This document shows positions 37,680 through 47,513 of a stretch of DNA of 64,000 nt, one piece after another. Below the pieces are notes generated by a model. It saw only the letters and a program-made list of their open reading frames with translations, did no database searches and had not been told where the DNA came from. Source of the stretch: Dehalococcoidia bacterium (lineage in GTDB: Bacteria; Chloroflexota; Dehalococcoidia; UBA6926); NCBI GenBank assembly GCA_045562535.1, contig JBJKVP010000004.1, positions 2,318 to 66,317 of the forward strand, read 5' to 3'. Within the stretch, counting starts at the first letter, position 1. Each line of letters begins with the position of its first letter. The translations under genes were made by a program, and so were the position numbers.

Positions 37680-39413
37680 TCATGCGCGGCCAAATTTTTT
37701 ATCAAGATCTAACGTGCTTAAATACATGCTTGTCGGTCGTCCATGAGGACAAACTTTTGGATAGTTAGCACGTTCGAATTGATCTAACAATGCATCCATC
37801 TCAGATATTAATAATTTCTGCCCTGCCCTGATACTACCGTGACAGGCAAGAGATGCGACGATTTGTCTTTCTTGATGGTCAACAAATAATTCAGTCTGTG
37901 ATTCAGTTGTGGGATTTGATAGTTCTTCTCCAGAAAGAAAACCCAAAATTTCCATAAATGCGTTAGTTACCTCAGATTCAACTAAATCAGAAGGTATACC
38001 TCGTAAGACTATTGTTGATCCACCAAAATTGTCCCAGTTAAATCCATAATTAACCAGTAATTCATGATGTTTAGTCAAAGTCTCGAATTGTATTGAATCC
38101 AAGGTAACGTTAAGAGGATTAAGCAAACCTTGTACCAAGAGCTCTCCTTTATCTCTAGATGCGAGAATATTCTCAAAAACAATGCGCTCATGAGTGGCGT
38201 GCTGATCAAAAAGGTAGATCCCATCATCACTTTTTGCCACAATATATTTTGTATCTAGTTGACCAATAGATTCGAAACGGCTGGTTGAAACAACAATTGG
38301 ATCTTGAGCGGAGTTAGAAGAAGGAGCGAAATAACGGTTTTCTAATAAGCGTGGCTGTTCAGGGATCAACTCGCCAGATAAGGGCTGGTAATCTTGTTTT
38401 AAAGGTCTCTCATAGGTAGAGTCAACATCCGACGCCAACATACCATTTATGCTTTTCTGAACAATAGAAAATATTTCCTGTTCTTTTCTAAACCGAACTT
38501 GGGCCTTCGTAGGGTGGACGTTAACATCAATTTGATTTGGTTTAACGCTGAGAAAAAGAAACACAAATGGGTAGCGGCCTTTTAGCATATATTCTCTGTA
38601 ACAATCAGCGATTGCATAAGAAATTGCCTGGCTTTCAATCAATCTATTATTAACAAATAAGACCTGTCCGTCCTTTCGTCCTCTATTCAAGTTAGGCGGG
38701 GACGCAAACCCATGCAGAGTAACATCACCCAAGGTTACAAAATCTATTTCTAGCATCTGTTTTGCAATATCTATGCCCCAAACAGTTGCTATTACGTCTT
38801 GAAATCTTCCATCTCCAGGAGTAGATAAAATCATATTACCGTCCCGAAATAGCTTAAATGACACTTCTGGATGCGCGATTGCATATTGTCCAACAAGTGT
38901 TGTACAACGACGAGCTTCGGATGCTGCAGACTTCATAAACGACAACCTAGCTGGAACATTCTGAAACAAATTTTCGACGGATATGGATGTACCAATTTTC
39001 GAACCTTGATATCCAGATTCAATGAGTTTTCCACTATGCGCAACAATGTAACTTGCTCTAGTTACATCCGGTTCCCTTGAAACCAAAATAATATTGGAAA
39101 TAGAACTAATTGAAGCTAAAGCTTCGCCACGAAACCCAAAGCTATTAATATCTTCTAAGTCTTCTACTGACATTATCTTTGACGTTGCATGTCTCGTTAA
39201 TGCTAGGTCTAACTCACCGTTTGGTATACCATTCCCATCATCTGTAACCCTTATGAGTTCAAACCCACCTTTCTCTATTTCAATTTCTAAGGTGGTTGCA
39301 TTAGCATCTAACGCATTTTCAATAAGCTCTTTTACAACAGACACAGGTCGTTCAATAACTTCTCCTGCAGCTATTTTGGTTGAGACCAATTCATCCAATA
39401 CCTTTATAGACAC
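37680..39413 (-). CDS. mutL: DNA mismatch repair protein MutL
   Basis: N-terminal GHKL ATPase motifs IAAGEVIERP, ELIENALDA, DDGNGI and GFRGEAL. The C-terminal dimerisation domain carries the endonuclease-type DQHA(T)HER motif. Confidence 0.9.
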   Translation of the reverse strand: MSIKVLDELVSTKIAAGEVIERPVSVVKELIENALDANATTLEIEIEKGGFELIRVTDDGNGIPNGELDLALTRHATSKIMSVEDLEDINSFGFRGEALASISSISNIILVSREPDVTRASYIVAHSGKLIESGYQGSKIGTSISVENLFQNVPARLSFMKSAASEARRCTTLVGQYAIAHPEVSFKLFRDGNMILSTPGDGRFQDVIATVWGIDIAKQMLEIDFVTLGDVTLHGFASPPNLNRGRKDGQVLFVNNRLIESQAISYAIADCYREYMLKGRYPFVFLFLSVKPNQIDVNVHPTKAQVRFRKEQEIFSIVQKSINGMLASDVDSTYERPLKQDYQPLSGELIPEQPRLLENRYFAPSSNSAQDPIVVSTSRFESIGQLDTKYIVAKSDDGIYLFDQHATHERIVFENILASRDKGELLVQGLLNPLNVTLDSIQFETLTKHHELLVNYGFNWDNFGGSTIVLRGIPSDLVESEVTNAFMEILGFLSGEELSNPTTESQTELFVDHQERQIVASLACHGSIRAGQKLLISEMDALLDQFERANYPKVCPHGRPTSMYLSTLDLDKKFGRA

Positions 39414-39472
39414 TCTATCGGTTCCTTCTATTGTTTGATGATCTTTTGTTTGCCGGTCTTACATAGTTCATT

Positions 39473-42133
39473 TCAATCGATGCTATCAATAGCTAATTTA
39501 ATTTCATTTAGAAAATTTAGAGCTTGCAGAGGAGTCATCTCTTCAGTAACAACCTTAGAGATTAAATCTAGCGCTTTACGCTCTCCTGTTGATAAATCTT
39601 TATCTACTTTAAATAACGAAGGCTGGTAAGAAGAAGATCCTAGGTCTTCTACAACTGAACGCCCTTCTAATATTTTTAACAACTCTTGCCCTCTTTCAAC
39701 AACCGTCTTTGGTATGCCTGCGATTTGAGCAACATGTAACCCGTACGATCTATTGATACCACCTTCTACTATGCTATGAAGAAATATTATTTTACCGTTT
39801 TCTTCAGATACAGAGACATGTGAATTGCTGGCTCCATCCATCAAATCAACGATAGGTATCAATTCATGATAGTGAGTAGCGAATAGAGTGCGTGACTTTA
39901 GTTCGTCCGCGTTATGTATATGCTCGATTACTGCCCAGGCAATCGATAATCCATCATAGGTACTAGTTCCTCTACCTATTTCATCAAGGATGATTAGTGA
40001 ATTAGGTGTTGCATGGTGCAGTATATATGCCGTTTCTATCATCTCCACCATAAACGTTGATCGTCCTTGAGATATATCGTCTTGAAGACCTGCCCTAGTA
40101 AACACTCGGTCAATAATCCCCATAGTTAACTTTTGTGCTGGGACCCAAGATCCGATCTGAGCCATAATCGCAATAATCGCCACCTGTCGCAGGTATGTAG
40201 ATTTTCCAGACATGTTAGGGCCTGTGACCACGCTTATGGGAATTTGTTCTGATAAAGAAGTATCATTGGGAACAAAACTAGACGAAGTAAATTGTTCCAC
40301 TACCGGATGTCTACCAAACTCCATTTTCAGTTCCTTTTTATCAACAAACGACGCCGGCTTATAGTTATTTAAAGAAGCACTTTCAGCAAAACTAGATATC
40401 ACATCCAATTTCCCAATCGCAGCACTAGTCTTAAGTATTTCATAAGACTCAGCGTTTATTGTTTCCAACAACTCTGAAAATAATTGGTACTCCATTCTTT
40501 CAATTTCTTCTCGAACTTGATTCAATTCCTCTTCAATTTCCTTTAACAAAGGAATAAAGTATCGCTCGCCATTAGCTATGGTCTGCTTCCTAATGTAATT
40601 ATCAGGTACTTTCGAAAGATTAGATTTTGTTACCTCTATGAAATACCCAAACACCCTTGAATGCCCTATTTTTAAACTATTTATTTGGGTTCTATCTCTT
40701 TCCTCTTTTTCGATTTTTAATATTGATTCAACATATTCTTCAGCTCGTTCACGCAAAATATCCAATTCATTAGAAAATCCCCAGTCAATAAGTTGGCCTT
40801 CTCCAATTTTCATCGGAGGATCTTCCACTATCGCATGTTCCAATGTCTGTATGAGATCGCTGTAATCAAGGACGGCATCTGAATTCCATTCATTAACAGT
40901 GCCCATGACGGTGTTTATATCAAGGTCTTCATCATCACCAAACGCCATTTCTTTGGATAGCCTTCTGATAGATATTAAACTCCTATGTATAGCTAATAAA
41001 TCTCTCGGTGTTGCGATCTTCGCCGCTACCCTATTTGTCAGTCTCTCTAAATCAGCAACATTACCAAGTTCTGATCTTATTGTCGCTCTATGCATAAACG
41101 AAGTATAAAACCATTGAACCATTCGACTTCTGCTGTCAATATCATCTTTTTTTAATAAAGGATGACCCAGCCAATTTCTCAATAAACGCGACCCCATAGG
41201 AGTTTTAGTGATATCTAGAAGTTCTAGGAGTGACCCTTTTTTATTGCCAGTACCAATGCCTTGAAATAACTCCAAAGTTTTTACAGTTTGAGAATCCAAT
41301 ATCATTGTATTTTCAAAAGAAATAGTACTTAATGAGCGAATTTGGTTCACAAAAATGCTTTGGGTTTCTTGTAAATATAAAACGATAGACCCAGCTGCTA
41401 TAGTCGCTAAATCCATACTTTCGCAGCCATAAGGTTGCAAATCACGCACGCTAAAATGCTCAATGAGTGCCGCTCTCGCTATTCGTAAGTCATACCAACG
41501 ATCTGATACAACACTCAGCTTATCATCAAAACCATCAATGCTAATTTGCAGAGGATCTGGATCTGCCACAATAATTTCAGCAGGATTCAAACGATTAAGC
41601 TCTCCAGGCAAATCAGTTATATCAAGTTCTAGAGTTTTGAATTCTGATGTGGATATATCTATATACGCCAAACCCACCCTGTTTGCTTGTACAGCAAGTG
41701 ACACTAAAAAATTATTTGACCTACCTGGTAAAAGATCTTCTTCCAAAATAGTGCCCGGGGTTACTATACGAACAATTTCCCGATTAATGAGTGTGCCGGG
41801 TTTTGTGTCTGATTCCATTTGCTCGCAAATAGCAACCTTATGGCCTTTATCCAAGAGTTTACTGATGCTGCTATTTAAAGTACTGACCGGAATACCAGCC
41901 AACGGAACTCTATCTGCTTTCCCTAACTCTTTTGAAGTGAGTGTTATATCTAAATCTCGTGACAACAAAACGGCATCGTCATCAAAAGTTTCGTAGAAAT
42001 CTCCAAGTCTAAACAGCAATATTCCGTCAGGAAATTTAGCTTTTATATTCTCATATTGTTGGCGAAGCGGAGAACGAGATTGTAAACCTTTAGTTCCATC
42101 TCTAAGATCTTCTTTATCTGTTTTACGTGCCAT
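39473..42133 (-). CDS. mutS: DNA mismatch repair protein MutS
   Basis: 886 aa with N-terminal GDFYETF mismatch-binding motif, Walker A GPNMSGKST, DEIGRGTSTYDG, and THYHEL. Confidence 0.9.
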   Translation of the reverse strand: MARKTDKEDLRDGTKGLQSRSPLRQQYENIKAKFPDGILLFRLGDFYETFDDDAVLLSRDLDITLTSKELGKADRVPLAGIPVSTLNSSISKLLDKGHKVAICEQMESDTKPGTLINREIVRIVTPGTILEEDLLPGRSNNFLVSLAVQANRVGLAYIDISTSEFKTLELDITDLPGELNRLNPAEIIVADPDPLQISIDGFDDKLSVVSDRWYDLRIARAALIEHFSVRDLQPYGCESMDLATIAAGSIVLYLQETQSIFVNQIRSLSTISFENTMILDSQTVKTLELFQGIGTGNKKGSLLELLDITKTPMGSRLLRNWLGHPLLKKDDIDSRSRMVQWFYTSFMHRATIRSELGNVADLERLTNRVAAKIATPRDLLAIHRSLISIRRLSKEMAFGDDEDLDINTVMGTVNEWNSDAVLDYSDLIQTLEHAIVEDPPMKIGEGQLIDWGFSNELDILRERAEEYVESILKIEKEERDRTQINSLKIGHSRVFGYFIEVTKSNLSKVPDNYIRKQTIANGERYFIPLLKEIEEELNQVREEIERMEYQLFSELLETINAESYEILKTSAAIGKLDVISSFAESASLNNYKPASFVDKKELKMEFGRHPVVEQFTSSSFVPNDTSLSEQIPISVVTGPNMSGKSTYLRQVAIIAIMAQIGSWVPAQKLTMGIIDRVFTRAGLQDDISQGRSTFMVEMIETAYILHHATPNSLIILDEIGRGTSTYDGLSIAWAVIEHIHNADELKSRTLFATHYHELIPIVDLMDGASNSHVSVSEENGKIIFLHSIVEGGINRSYGLHVAQIAGIPKTVVERGQELLKILEGRSVVEDLGSSSYQPSLFKVDKDLSTGERKALDLISKVVTEEMTPLQALNFLNEIKLAIDSID

Positions 42134-42213
42134 TTTTAATCAACCTAACCCAACTCATGCTCGGTTAGATTATACCCTTAAATGGTGTTAAAGCGCTTAA
42201 TTAATTACCAGAA

Positions 42214-44385
42214 CTAATTAAGAATGGGGCCGGTTTCCATCAATCGCAAAGAATCGTGTGAATATCCACTATACTCATCAATTTCACTAGATAGTTCCTC
42301 AAATACTTCTCCAGACGTGCCAAATTTCAACACATCGCTGTCCATTATTTTTGCCAATGTAGTAAGCGTTTCCCAAACAGGATCAGCTTCTACTAGAGGT
42401 TCGATAATCGGGCTCACCAGTTGCAGGCGTTTTTCAACATTGGTAAAAGTACCTACAGATTCAGTGGCTACTGGCTGAGGCAACACAATATTTGCTAAAT
42501 CCATTAACGATTCTGGAATTGCCGTACCTTGGACTAACAAAAATTCAACTTTCCCAAGAGCTCGATACAAATCCTCTGTTTTTTTGTCAGATATATCTGG
42601 TATTCCACCTATCCAATAAACAGCTTTTATCTTATTTGATTCAACATTCTCAATAAAATTATCTAAGTTAAAGGTATCATCGACTGCAGTGTCTTTAAAA
42701 GAATCGTTTATATCCAAAAGGCCTTGAGAGTTACTTTCACCAGACCTAAAAATGAAAGCATTAGAATCTAAATTCGACTTATTATTTATCAAAGATATCT
42801 TTTCAATAACCTCGGGAGAACTAGAAAGTTCGGCCGCATGAACGAAAGAAATTCTTTCCGAAGGGTTAAAGAAATCGGATGCTCTCTGGATCTCGTCAAA
42901 GTTTAACCCTGTAAGCTCAACGAAACTTTCTTCACTGGTTTCAAAGGGTGTCGCAGTTTCCGATAGGCAATGCGACATTTTTTCCAGTACCAAAGGCTCA
43001 GTTCCACTCTTACATTGCAACCACATTCGGGCTGCCCTGCCTAATTCCTTAAATCGCTCTGGTCCTATTCCAATTAGGTTAGCATCATTATAGTTAACGG
43101 CTTTATGTATCTGGTAAGCAGCAACAGGATGGGTTTCCTCAAGATCACTGCCCAAAAACACAATATTACGTGATTCAGATAAATCTTTTATCTCAGAAGA
43201 GAAAGGTACTTCAAAATTATCATCAATTACCTTCATCAAAGATTCCGAACTATTTGTTACCTGGTTTGAATTCATCACTTCCCGTGCAAATTTATTAATT
43301 ACATAGGAGTCTTCGTTGGAAATTGATGCTGAAGAAACTATGGCAAATTCATCACCGTTATATTTTTTGTATTGGGTCGCCGCAGCTTCTATCGCCTCTA
43401 CAAGGTTTTTCTTTTCTAACTTAGAGCCCTCTTGAATTCCAGCATGTTTGATCCTATCTTCGGATAAAGCTTCGTCAGTAATCTTAAATTTTCCCATCAC
43501 GCACGCTAGCCCTCCATTAGATCCACCATCTAAATCAGGCACAATCCGAAGAAGCTTACCGTCTTTCAATTCTGCAGTTAATTGGCATCCAATCTCACAT
43601 TCTGTACATACCGTTGAAACCGTCTGGTCAGGTAACCCCTCCCATTTATTTTCTTTTTCCGTTAATGCACCTACCGGACATGCATCTACACATGCACCAC
43701 AAAACGTACAGCCACTTAGTGGATCAGAAAGAGGCACATCATTAGGGGTCCCCGGCAAAATTCGATCGCCCTTCTGCAACATACTGATCGCTTCAACACC
43801 AATAACTTCATCACATATCCTCACACATCTAGCACACGCAATGCATAAATTATAGTCTCGATCTATATGGGGATCTTCTGTGCGAATAGGTAGTTCTCTA
43901 TAAGAATACGGCAATAATTGTTCATTAACTCCAACAATCTCGACCGTAGCCTGTAACTCACACCTATGGTTCTGGGGGCACACTACACATCTGTCTGTTA
44001 CAGATACATTGCGTAAACATATATCGTTAGGGCCACAATGAACTATCCGATCACATGTTAAGCAACCATGAGGATGTTCAGACATTAGCAAATTTAAGAC
44101 CGATTGCCGTAACTCGACCGTTTCATCTTTATTAGTAATATAACTTGCGTTCTCAGCCACTGGAGTAACACATGCAGCAGCATAGCCAGGACGATCCTCT
44201 TGCTCAACCACGCACATTCGGCAAGCGCCATAAGATTTGATTCTCTCGTCGTAGCACAATGTTGGTATATAAATTCCAGCTAATTGAGCAGCTTCTAAAA
44301 TTGTAGCGTCTTTAGGAGCAGAAATTTGACGACCATCAATTGCCAAATTAACAAGATCTTCTTGTTGCTTGATATCAGTCATCAA
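42214..44385 (-). CDS. NuoG / NAD-linked formate-dehydrogenase-alpha-like Fe-S protein with a short, probably degenerate molybdopterin-type domain
   Basis: An N-terminal 2Fe-2S (CYDERIKSYGACRMC), an HxxxC cluster (HPHGCLTCDR), two 4Fe-4S ferredoxin motifs (CIACARCVRIC, CTFCGACVDACP), and an MopB 4Fe-4S (CTECEIGC). Only about 400 aa follow. Confidence 0.7.
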   Translation of the reverse strand: MMTDIKQQEDLVNLAIDGRQISAPKDATILEAAQLAGIYIPTLCYDERIKSYGACRMCVVEQEDRPGYAAACVTPVAENASYITNKDETVELRQSVLNLLMSEHPHGCLTCDRIVHCGPNDICLRNVSVTDRCVVCPQNHRCELQATVEIVGVNEQLLPYSYRELPIRTEDPHIDRDYNLCIACARCVRICDEVIGVEAISMLQKGDRILPGTPNDVPLSDPLSGCTFCGACVDACPVGALTEKENKWEGLPDQTVSTVCTECEIGCQLTAELKDGKLLRIVPDLDGGSNGGLACVMGKFKITDEALSEDRIKHAGIQEGSKLEKKNLVEAIEAAATQYKKYNGDEFAIVSSASISNEDSYVINKFAREVMNSNQVTNSSESLMKVIDDNFEVPFSSEIKDLSESRNIVFLGSDLEETHPVAAYQIHKAVNYNDANLIGIGPERFKELGRAARMWLQCKSGTEPLVLEKMSHCLSETATPFETSEESFVELTGLNFDEIQRASDFFNPSERISFVHAAELSSSPEVIEKISLINNKSNLDSNAFIFRSGESNSQGLLDINDSFKDTAVDDTFNLDNFIENVESNKIKAVYWIGGIPDISDKKTEDLYRALGKVEFLLVQGTAIPESLMDLANIVLPQPVATESVGTFTNVEKRLQLVSPIIEPLVEADPVWETLTTLAKIMDSDVLKFGTSGEVFEELSSEIDEYSGYSHDSLRLMETGPILN

Positions 44386-44406
44386 ATACCTCTTCTCGTC
44401 GCTCCA

Positions 44407-44442
44407 GTAGTTTAATTGTGATTTCTATCACAATTAAACTAC
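44407..44442. repeat. perfect 16-bp inverted repeat with a 4-nt spacer
   Basis: GTAGTTTAATTGTGAT-ttct-ATCACAATTAAACTAC, located between the MFS gene stop (44478) and the NuoG-like start (44385). Confidence 0.9.
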
Positions 44443-44477
44443 ATACATTTTACACTGAATATGCTTGAAAAGAAAAT

Positions 44478-45764
44478 TTATTGCAGAATACTACTGTTTT
44501 GAGTCAGTATTGGTGGCTTTGCCGCGGCAAAAAAGAACGCACCCAGCAAAGTAAATCCGGCGAATACTCCAAAGGCAGGCGAATAAGTTCCAACGGCGTC
44601 CCCTATACCAGCTCCTATAAGGGGCCCAGTTGTAGTACCAATTTGGATAATCAAGGAAGACCAACCCATAATAGTTGCGAAGGATCCCCTACCAAAATAA
44701 TCTGCCCTAATCGAAGTCATTAAAGGCCCTCTAAACCCCCAAGACAAACCGTGTAGTACAGCAAACACAACTACCATGCCCGCAGACTTGGCAAACGTTA
44801 AGAAGAGTAGAGCAATAGTGTGCCCCACCATACAGATCACTATCAATACCCTTTTATTGAGTCGGTCGCCAAATACACCAATCGATGCCTGTGCAAAAAC
44901 CATTACCACCGTTAGAAGAGTGAAAATAGAAGCGCCAGTGACTGCAGTGATAGAAAGATTTTCCGTTAAATGAGGTATAAATAGAGCATTAACACCGGCA
45001 ACCGCCACTAAAGCAGATGCATGGCCCAAAGATAAAAACCAAAATGCCCCGCCTTTTAGTGCTTCTCTCGTAGACATATAGGGCTCATCGAGGAATGCGT
45101 CTTTATCCCCGGTATCATCATTATCGTCAATAATTTGTCCATCCGGTAAATACCCGTGAGGTTCAGGAGCATGCCTCATCATAAGGGATACCGGGATAGC
45201 AACGATTAGAACCAAAACACCCGACCAAAAGGCGGTTTCTCTCCAACCTATAAGATCCAAAATAATCACCAGTGGAGTAACCGCTAGGCCAGAAACGCCC
45301 CAGCCAGTTGCTGCAAAGCCCATAGCTTTTGCCCTTTTTTTGTTAAACCAGTTTGCTAGGGCTGAGTTAACCGTTATGAAGCCTCCCAAACTGGCACCCA
45401 ATGAAATTACTATATATGACAAATAAAATTGAATTAGAGTTTGAACACGGCTTAGGAGGAAAAAACCAACCGCATATATAATGGTACCAATAACTAATAT
45501 GACTCTAGTCCCGAACTTATCAACAGCCCAACCTTGGATAGGGCCAAGTAAACCACTTTCAGCTCTCGATAAAGAAAAAGCTAACGCTACCTGCGATCGC
45601 GACCAGCTGAACTCAGATCGGAGATGAACAAAATAGAGTTGAAAAGCGTTGAAAAACAGCCCTCCATTCAAAGATTGAATAATCCAAGCGCCTGCTACTA
45701 TATACCAACCATAAAAAATGCGATTTTTTCGAATGTTTTTATCATTTTTCCCGTTAACTATCAC
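44478..45764 (-). CDS. MFS transporter (oxalate/formate-antiporter-like)
   Basis: 428 aa with 12 predicted TM-like hydrophobic segments and a central loop. Confidence 0.75.
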   Translation of the reverse strand: MIVNGKNDKNIRKNRIFYGWYIVAGAWIIQSLNGGLFFNAFQLYFVHLRSEFSWSRSQVALAFSLSRAESGLLGPIQGWAVDKFGTRVILVIGTIIYAVGFFLLSRVQTLIQFYLSYIVISLGASLGGFITVNSALANWFNKKRAKAMGFAATGWGVSGLAVTPLVIILDLIGWRETAFWSGVLVLIVAIPVSLMMRHAPEPHGYLPDGQIIDDNDDTGDKDAFLDEPYMSTREALKGGAFWFLSLGHASALVAVAGVNALFIPHLTENLSITAVTGASIFTLLTVVMVFAQASIGVFGDRLNKRVLIVICMVGHTIALLFLTFAKSAGMVVVFAVLHGLSWGFRGPLMTSIRADYFGRGSFATIMGWSSLIIQIGTTTGPLIGAGIGDAVGTYSPAFGVFAGFTLLGAFFFAAAKPPILTQNSSILQ

Positions 45765-45807
45765 TTATCACCTTTTTAAATTTATTGTATATATGGGTAG
45801 GAGAAAA

Positions 45808-46581
45808 TCACCGATTATTCCAATCAGGTTTACGTTTTTCCCGGAAAGCTTCACGCCCTTCCTCGCGGTCTTCAGATAAATCAACTCTAGTTCCCATACG
45901 AGCAAAGTCACGCCATGCTTTAACTTCACGGAATTCTTTCTGACTGTCCCAAGCTTTTTTGATTGCCTGTATAACCAAAGGTGCTTTACCTGCTATCCGA
46001 TCTGCCAATTCCATAGTAGTAGTCATTAAGTCATCAGGCTCTGAAATCTCATTTACTATACCAGCTCTATATGCGTCTTCCGCATTTATGGGATCACCTG
46101 TGTACAACGCATAATTTGCTACAGCTGAAGGGCTAGCCATCCAAAAATCATGCAGTGCTCCTGGCATCATACCTATACCGACCAGAGGATATCCAATGCT
46201 ACCATTAGATGAAATAATCCTTAAATCACTCTGCATAGCGATCGCAGCACCCATGCCCAAGGCGTGCCCATTAATAGCAGCAATAACAGGCTTGTTTAAA
46301 TCATATTCTCGAGGGAACAAGCTAGCCTCCGCGTAGTCAGCAGGCTTACCAGTGTTTCTATCCGATAGCGATTTATCATCCTTTAAGTCTGCACCAACGC
46401 AAAAAGCTCTTTGGCCAGATCCAGTAATAACTCCTATAACCACTTTCGAATCATCCCTTAATTGTTTCCACGCAGCATCCAAGTCGTATTGATTATCAAG
46501 CGATAGAGCATTCATTTTTTCAGGTCGATCAATCGTGATAACGGCCACTTTACCTACAACTTCATATTTTATAGAACTCAA
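45808..46581 (-). CDS. enoyl-CoA hydratase/isomerase family protein
   Basis: 257 aa: ITIDRPEKMNAL...GSGQRAFCVGADL...AAINGHALGMG. Confidence 0.8.
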   Translation of the reverse strand: MSSIKYEVVGKVAVITIDRPEKMNALSLDNQYDLDAAWKQLRDDSKVVIGVITGSGQRAFCVGADLKDDKSLSDRNTGKPADYAEASLFPREYDLNKPVIAAINGHALGMGAAIAMQSDLRIISSNGSIGYPLVGIGMMPGALHDFWMASPSAVANYALYTGDPINAEDAYRAGIVNEISEPDDLMTTTMELADRIAGKAPLVIQAIKKAWDSQKEFREVKAWRDFARMGTRVDLSEDREEGREAFREKRKPDWNNR

Positions 46582-46626
46582 TTTCTCACCTCTTCAATAT
46601 ATAAATATCAACATAAACATTATTTC

Positions 46627-47430
46627 CTAGCTTGGAAGGCGGCCGTTCAAAAAAAATTCCTCTGCGTAATCAGCTATTAATTCTGGTGCTTCCATATATA
46701 TGGCATGGCCCAATCCATTTACAATGACATATGATGCATTCGGCAATTTCGAAGCTACGTTATTAAAATGCGATTCTATCAAAGGATTCTTATCGATAAC
46801 CATTAATAGCGTGGGCGAAGTGATACTCTCTGCCTCGTCAACAAGCTCGAAGTGATCTACTTTCATCTCGTCAATATTGTAAACACTAGGATCCCACTTA
46901 ACTCTAACTTTGCCGTCATCTAGAATTTCGGTCTCATATAATAAAACATCTTGTAATACTTCTTCTGTCCAATTACGTGTTTGTTTATTATTTTTTAGTC
47001 GCCCTCTCAGTTCATCCAAGCTGGGCCATCCATTTTTTCTTTTTTGGCCTGTTGGTGTACCATCCTCTTTAAAGGTTCCTACTCGAACCCAATGTTTGAA
47101 GCCCTCAGGTATGGGCTCAATCATAAAAAACCCCTTAACACGCTCGCTATATTTTGCAGCATATCTAGCACCCGGGAGTGTACCCAAAGAATGAACCATT
47201 AGGTAATGTTCGTGAATTCCGAGAAATTCTGTTATTTCTAACAAATCTTTCATTCGACCTATAGAGTTATTCCCAATATTAGAGGCTCCACTATCACCGT
47301 GGCCTCTAATATCAACAGATATAACACGGAATCGACTATGTAATCTTCTTGCAACAGCGTTCCAACTATTCGCTGTTCGCCTCCCACCGTGAATAGTTAT
47401 TAATGGTGGACCATCGCCTCCCCAATCCAA
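46627..47430 (-). CDS. alpha/beta-fold hydrolase (the N-terminus probably extends upstream)
   Basis: ITIHGG, VHSLG nucleophile elbow, and GLGHA near the C-terminus. The upstream in-frame text KYIPVDGVELHVL is a typical first beta-strand. Confidence 0.7.
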   Translation of the reverse strand: MDWGGDGPPLITIHGGRRTANSWNAVARRLHSRFRVISVDIRGHGDSGASNIGNNSIGRMKDLLEITEFLGIHEHYLMVHSLGTLPGARYAAKYSERVKGFFMIEPIPEGFKHWVRVGTFKEDGTPTGQKRKNGWPSLDELRGRLKNNKQTRNWTEEVLQDVLLYETEILDDGKVRVKWDPSVYNIDEMKVDHFELVDEAESITSPTLLMVIDKNPLIESHFNNVASKLPNASYVIVNGLGHAIYMEAPELIADYAEEFFLNGRLPS

Positions 47431-47513
47431 AACATGTAATTCAACACCATCAACAGGTATATACTTACTCGTTGGTTTAGGAGTATTATTCGTTACCTCT
47501 GCTATCTCCTCTA

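Noticed and set aside
42140-42175. Imperfect hairpin (AACCTAACC...GGTTAGATT) between the NuoG-like gene and mutS as a terminator
   Set aside because: The stem has a mismatch, there is no T-run on the transcribed strand, and it abuts the mutS start. The evidence is too weak to call.
42214-44385. Selenocysteine-containing formate dehydrogenase alpha subunit
   Set aside because: The frame has no in-frame UGA, and the molybdopterin-type domain is too short (about 400 aa). It is more consistent with a NuoG-like electron-transfer subunit.
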